Below are positions 44,995-45,282 of a stretch of 45,282 nt of DNA, piece by piece. Origin of the DNA: a virus (Duplodnaviria; Caudoviricetes). The stretch lies in the IMG/VR virus record IMGVR_UViG_3300033485_000635, positions 1-45,282 of that record; one strand, written 5' to 3'. The notes under the pieces were generated by a model. It saw nothing but the letters and a program-made list of their open reading frames with translations, did no database searches and had not been told where the DNA came from. The position numbers and the translations under genes were made by a program. Positions within the stretch are counted from its first letter, which is position 1. Each line of letters begins with the position of its first letter.

Positions 44995-45282
44995 TTATGA
45001 CAGGTGCGTACCGGTGTAGAACATCTCTATGCAGCGACCACTACCGCTGGCAACAGCTTCCAGCGAAATCCCTGCGATATTGATGCTACCCGTAGCGGTG
45101 ATAACAGTGCCCATGGCCCTTCCACCGGAAGCGGTCTTGACAAGACCACCGTAGGTGAGCGGTGACGAAGAGTTCTCGCAGTCCGTATAGATTTTGGTAA
45201 GACCATACAGACACACGGTAGCTTCCTCGCCAACATTGGGGTCGTTCTGCAAGACGCCAAGAGTAGAAGCGTTGACTGTCAG
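44995..45282 (-). CDS. capsid cement / DUF2190-like protein (5' end outside the window)
   Basis: Frame is open to the window edge: LTVNASTLGVLQNDPNVGEEATV..YGLTK...G.SLEA; immediately upstream of MCP. Confidence 0.75.
   Translation of the reverse strand: MTVNASTLGVLQNDPNVGEEATVCLYGLTKIYTDCENSSSPLTYGGLVKTASGGRAMGTVITATGSINIAGISLEAVASGSGRCIEMFYTGTHLS

Noticed and set aside
1-45282. Stop-codon reassignment, tRNA genes, integrase or IS elements, introns/inteins
   Set aside because: Genes tile densely in the standard code with normal lengths. I recognised no cloverleaf, recombinase, transposase or intein motifs.

Overview
The window is the late (virion) region of a long-tailed (siphovirus-like) dsDNA phage or prophage, almost entirely on the minus strand. 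Reading right to left: capsid-cement and major capsid genes; a ~25 kb block of putative head-fibre/decoration genes containing a ~9.4 kb glycosylation cluster; head-tail adaptor; two more glycosyltransferases; neck and tail terminator; two tail-tube paralogues; a tail chaperone with a -1 frameshift; tape measure; Dit and hub; fibres; an M23 peptidase; a CHAT/caspase-like protein; and a separately promoted PseB-like plus NeuB/PseI-like (nonulosonic acid) operon that runs off the left edge. The main candidate system is a phage-encoded 'mucin coat'. Three virion proteins carry strictly alternating (Ser-X)n Ser/Pro tracts (~1140, ~250 and ~125 aa). Two neighbouring glycosyltransferases have the DxH and WG-x-[EQ]-xx-E...W-xx-GG...H motifs of polypeptide GalNAc-transferases. 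They are accompanied by GT17-, GT2/GT7C-, GT4- and CgeB-like GTs, 4-5 methyltransferases, a radical SAM enzyme and a candidate nonulosonate transferase. The host is possibly Chloroflexota (weak evidence). All family calls come from motif recognition by eye; no searches were run.
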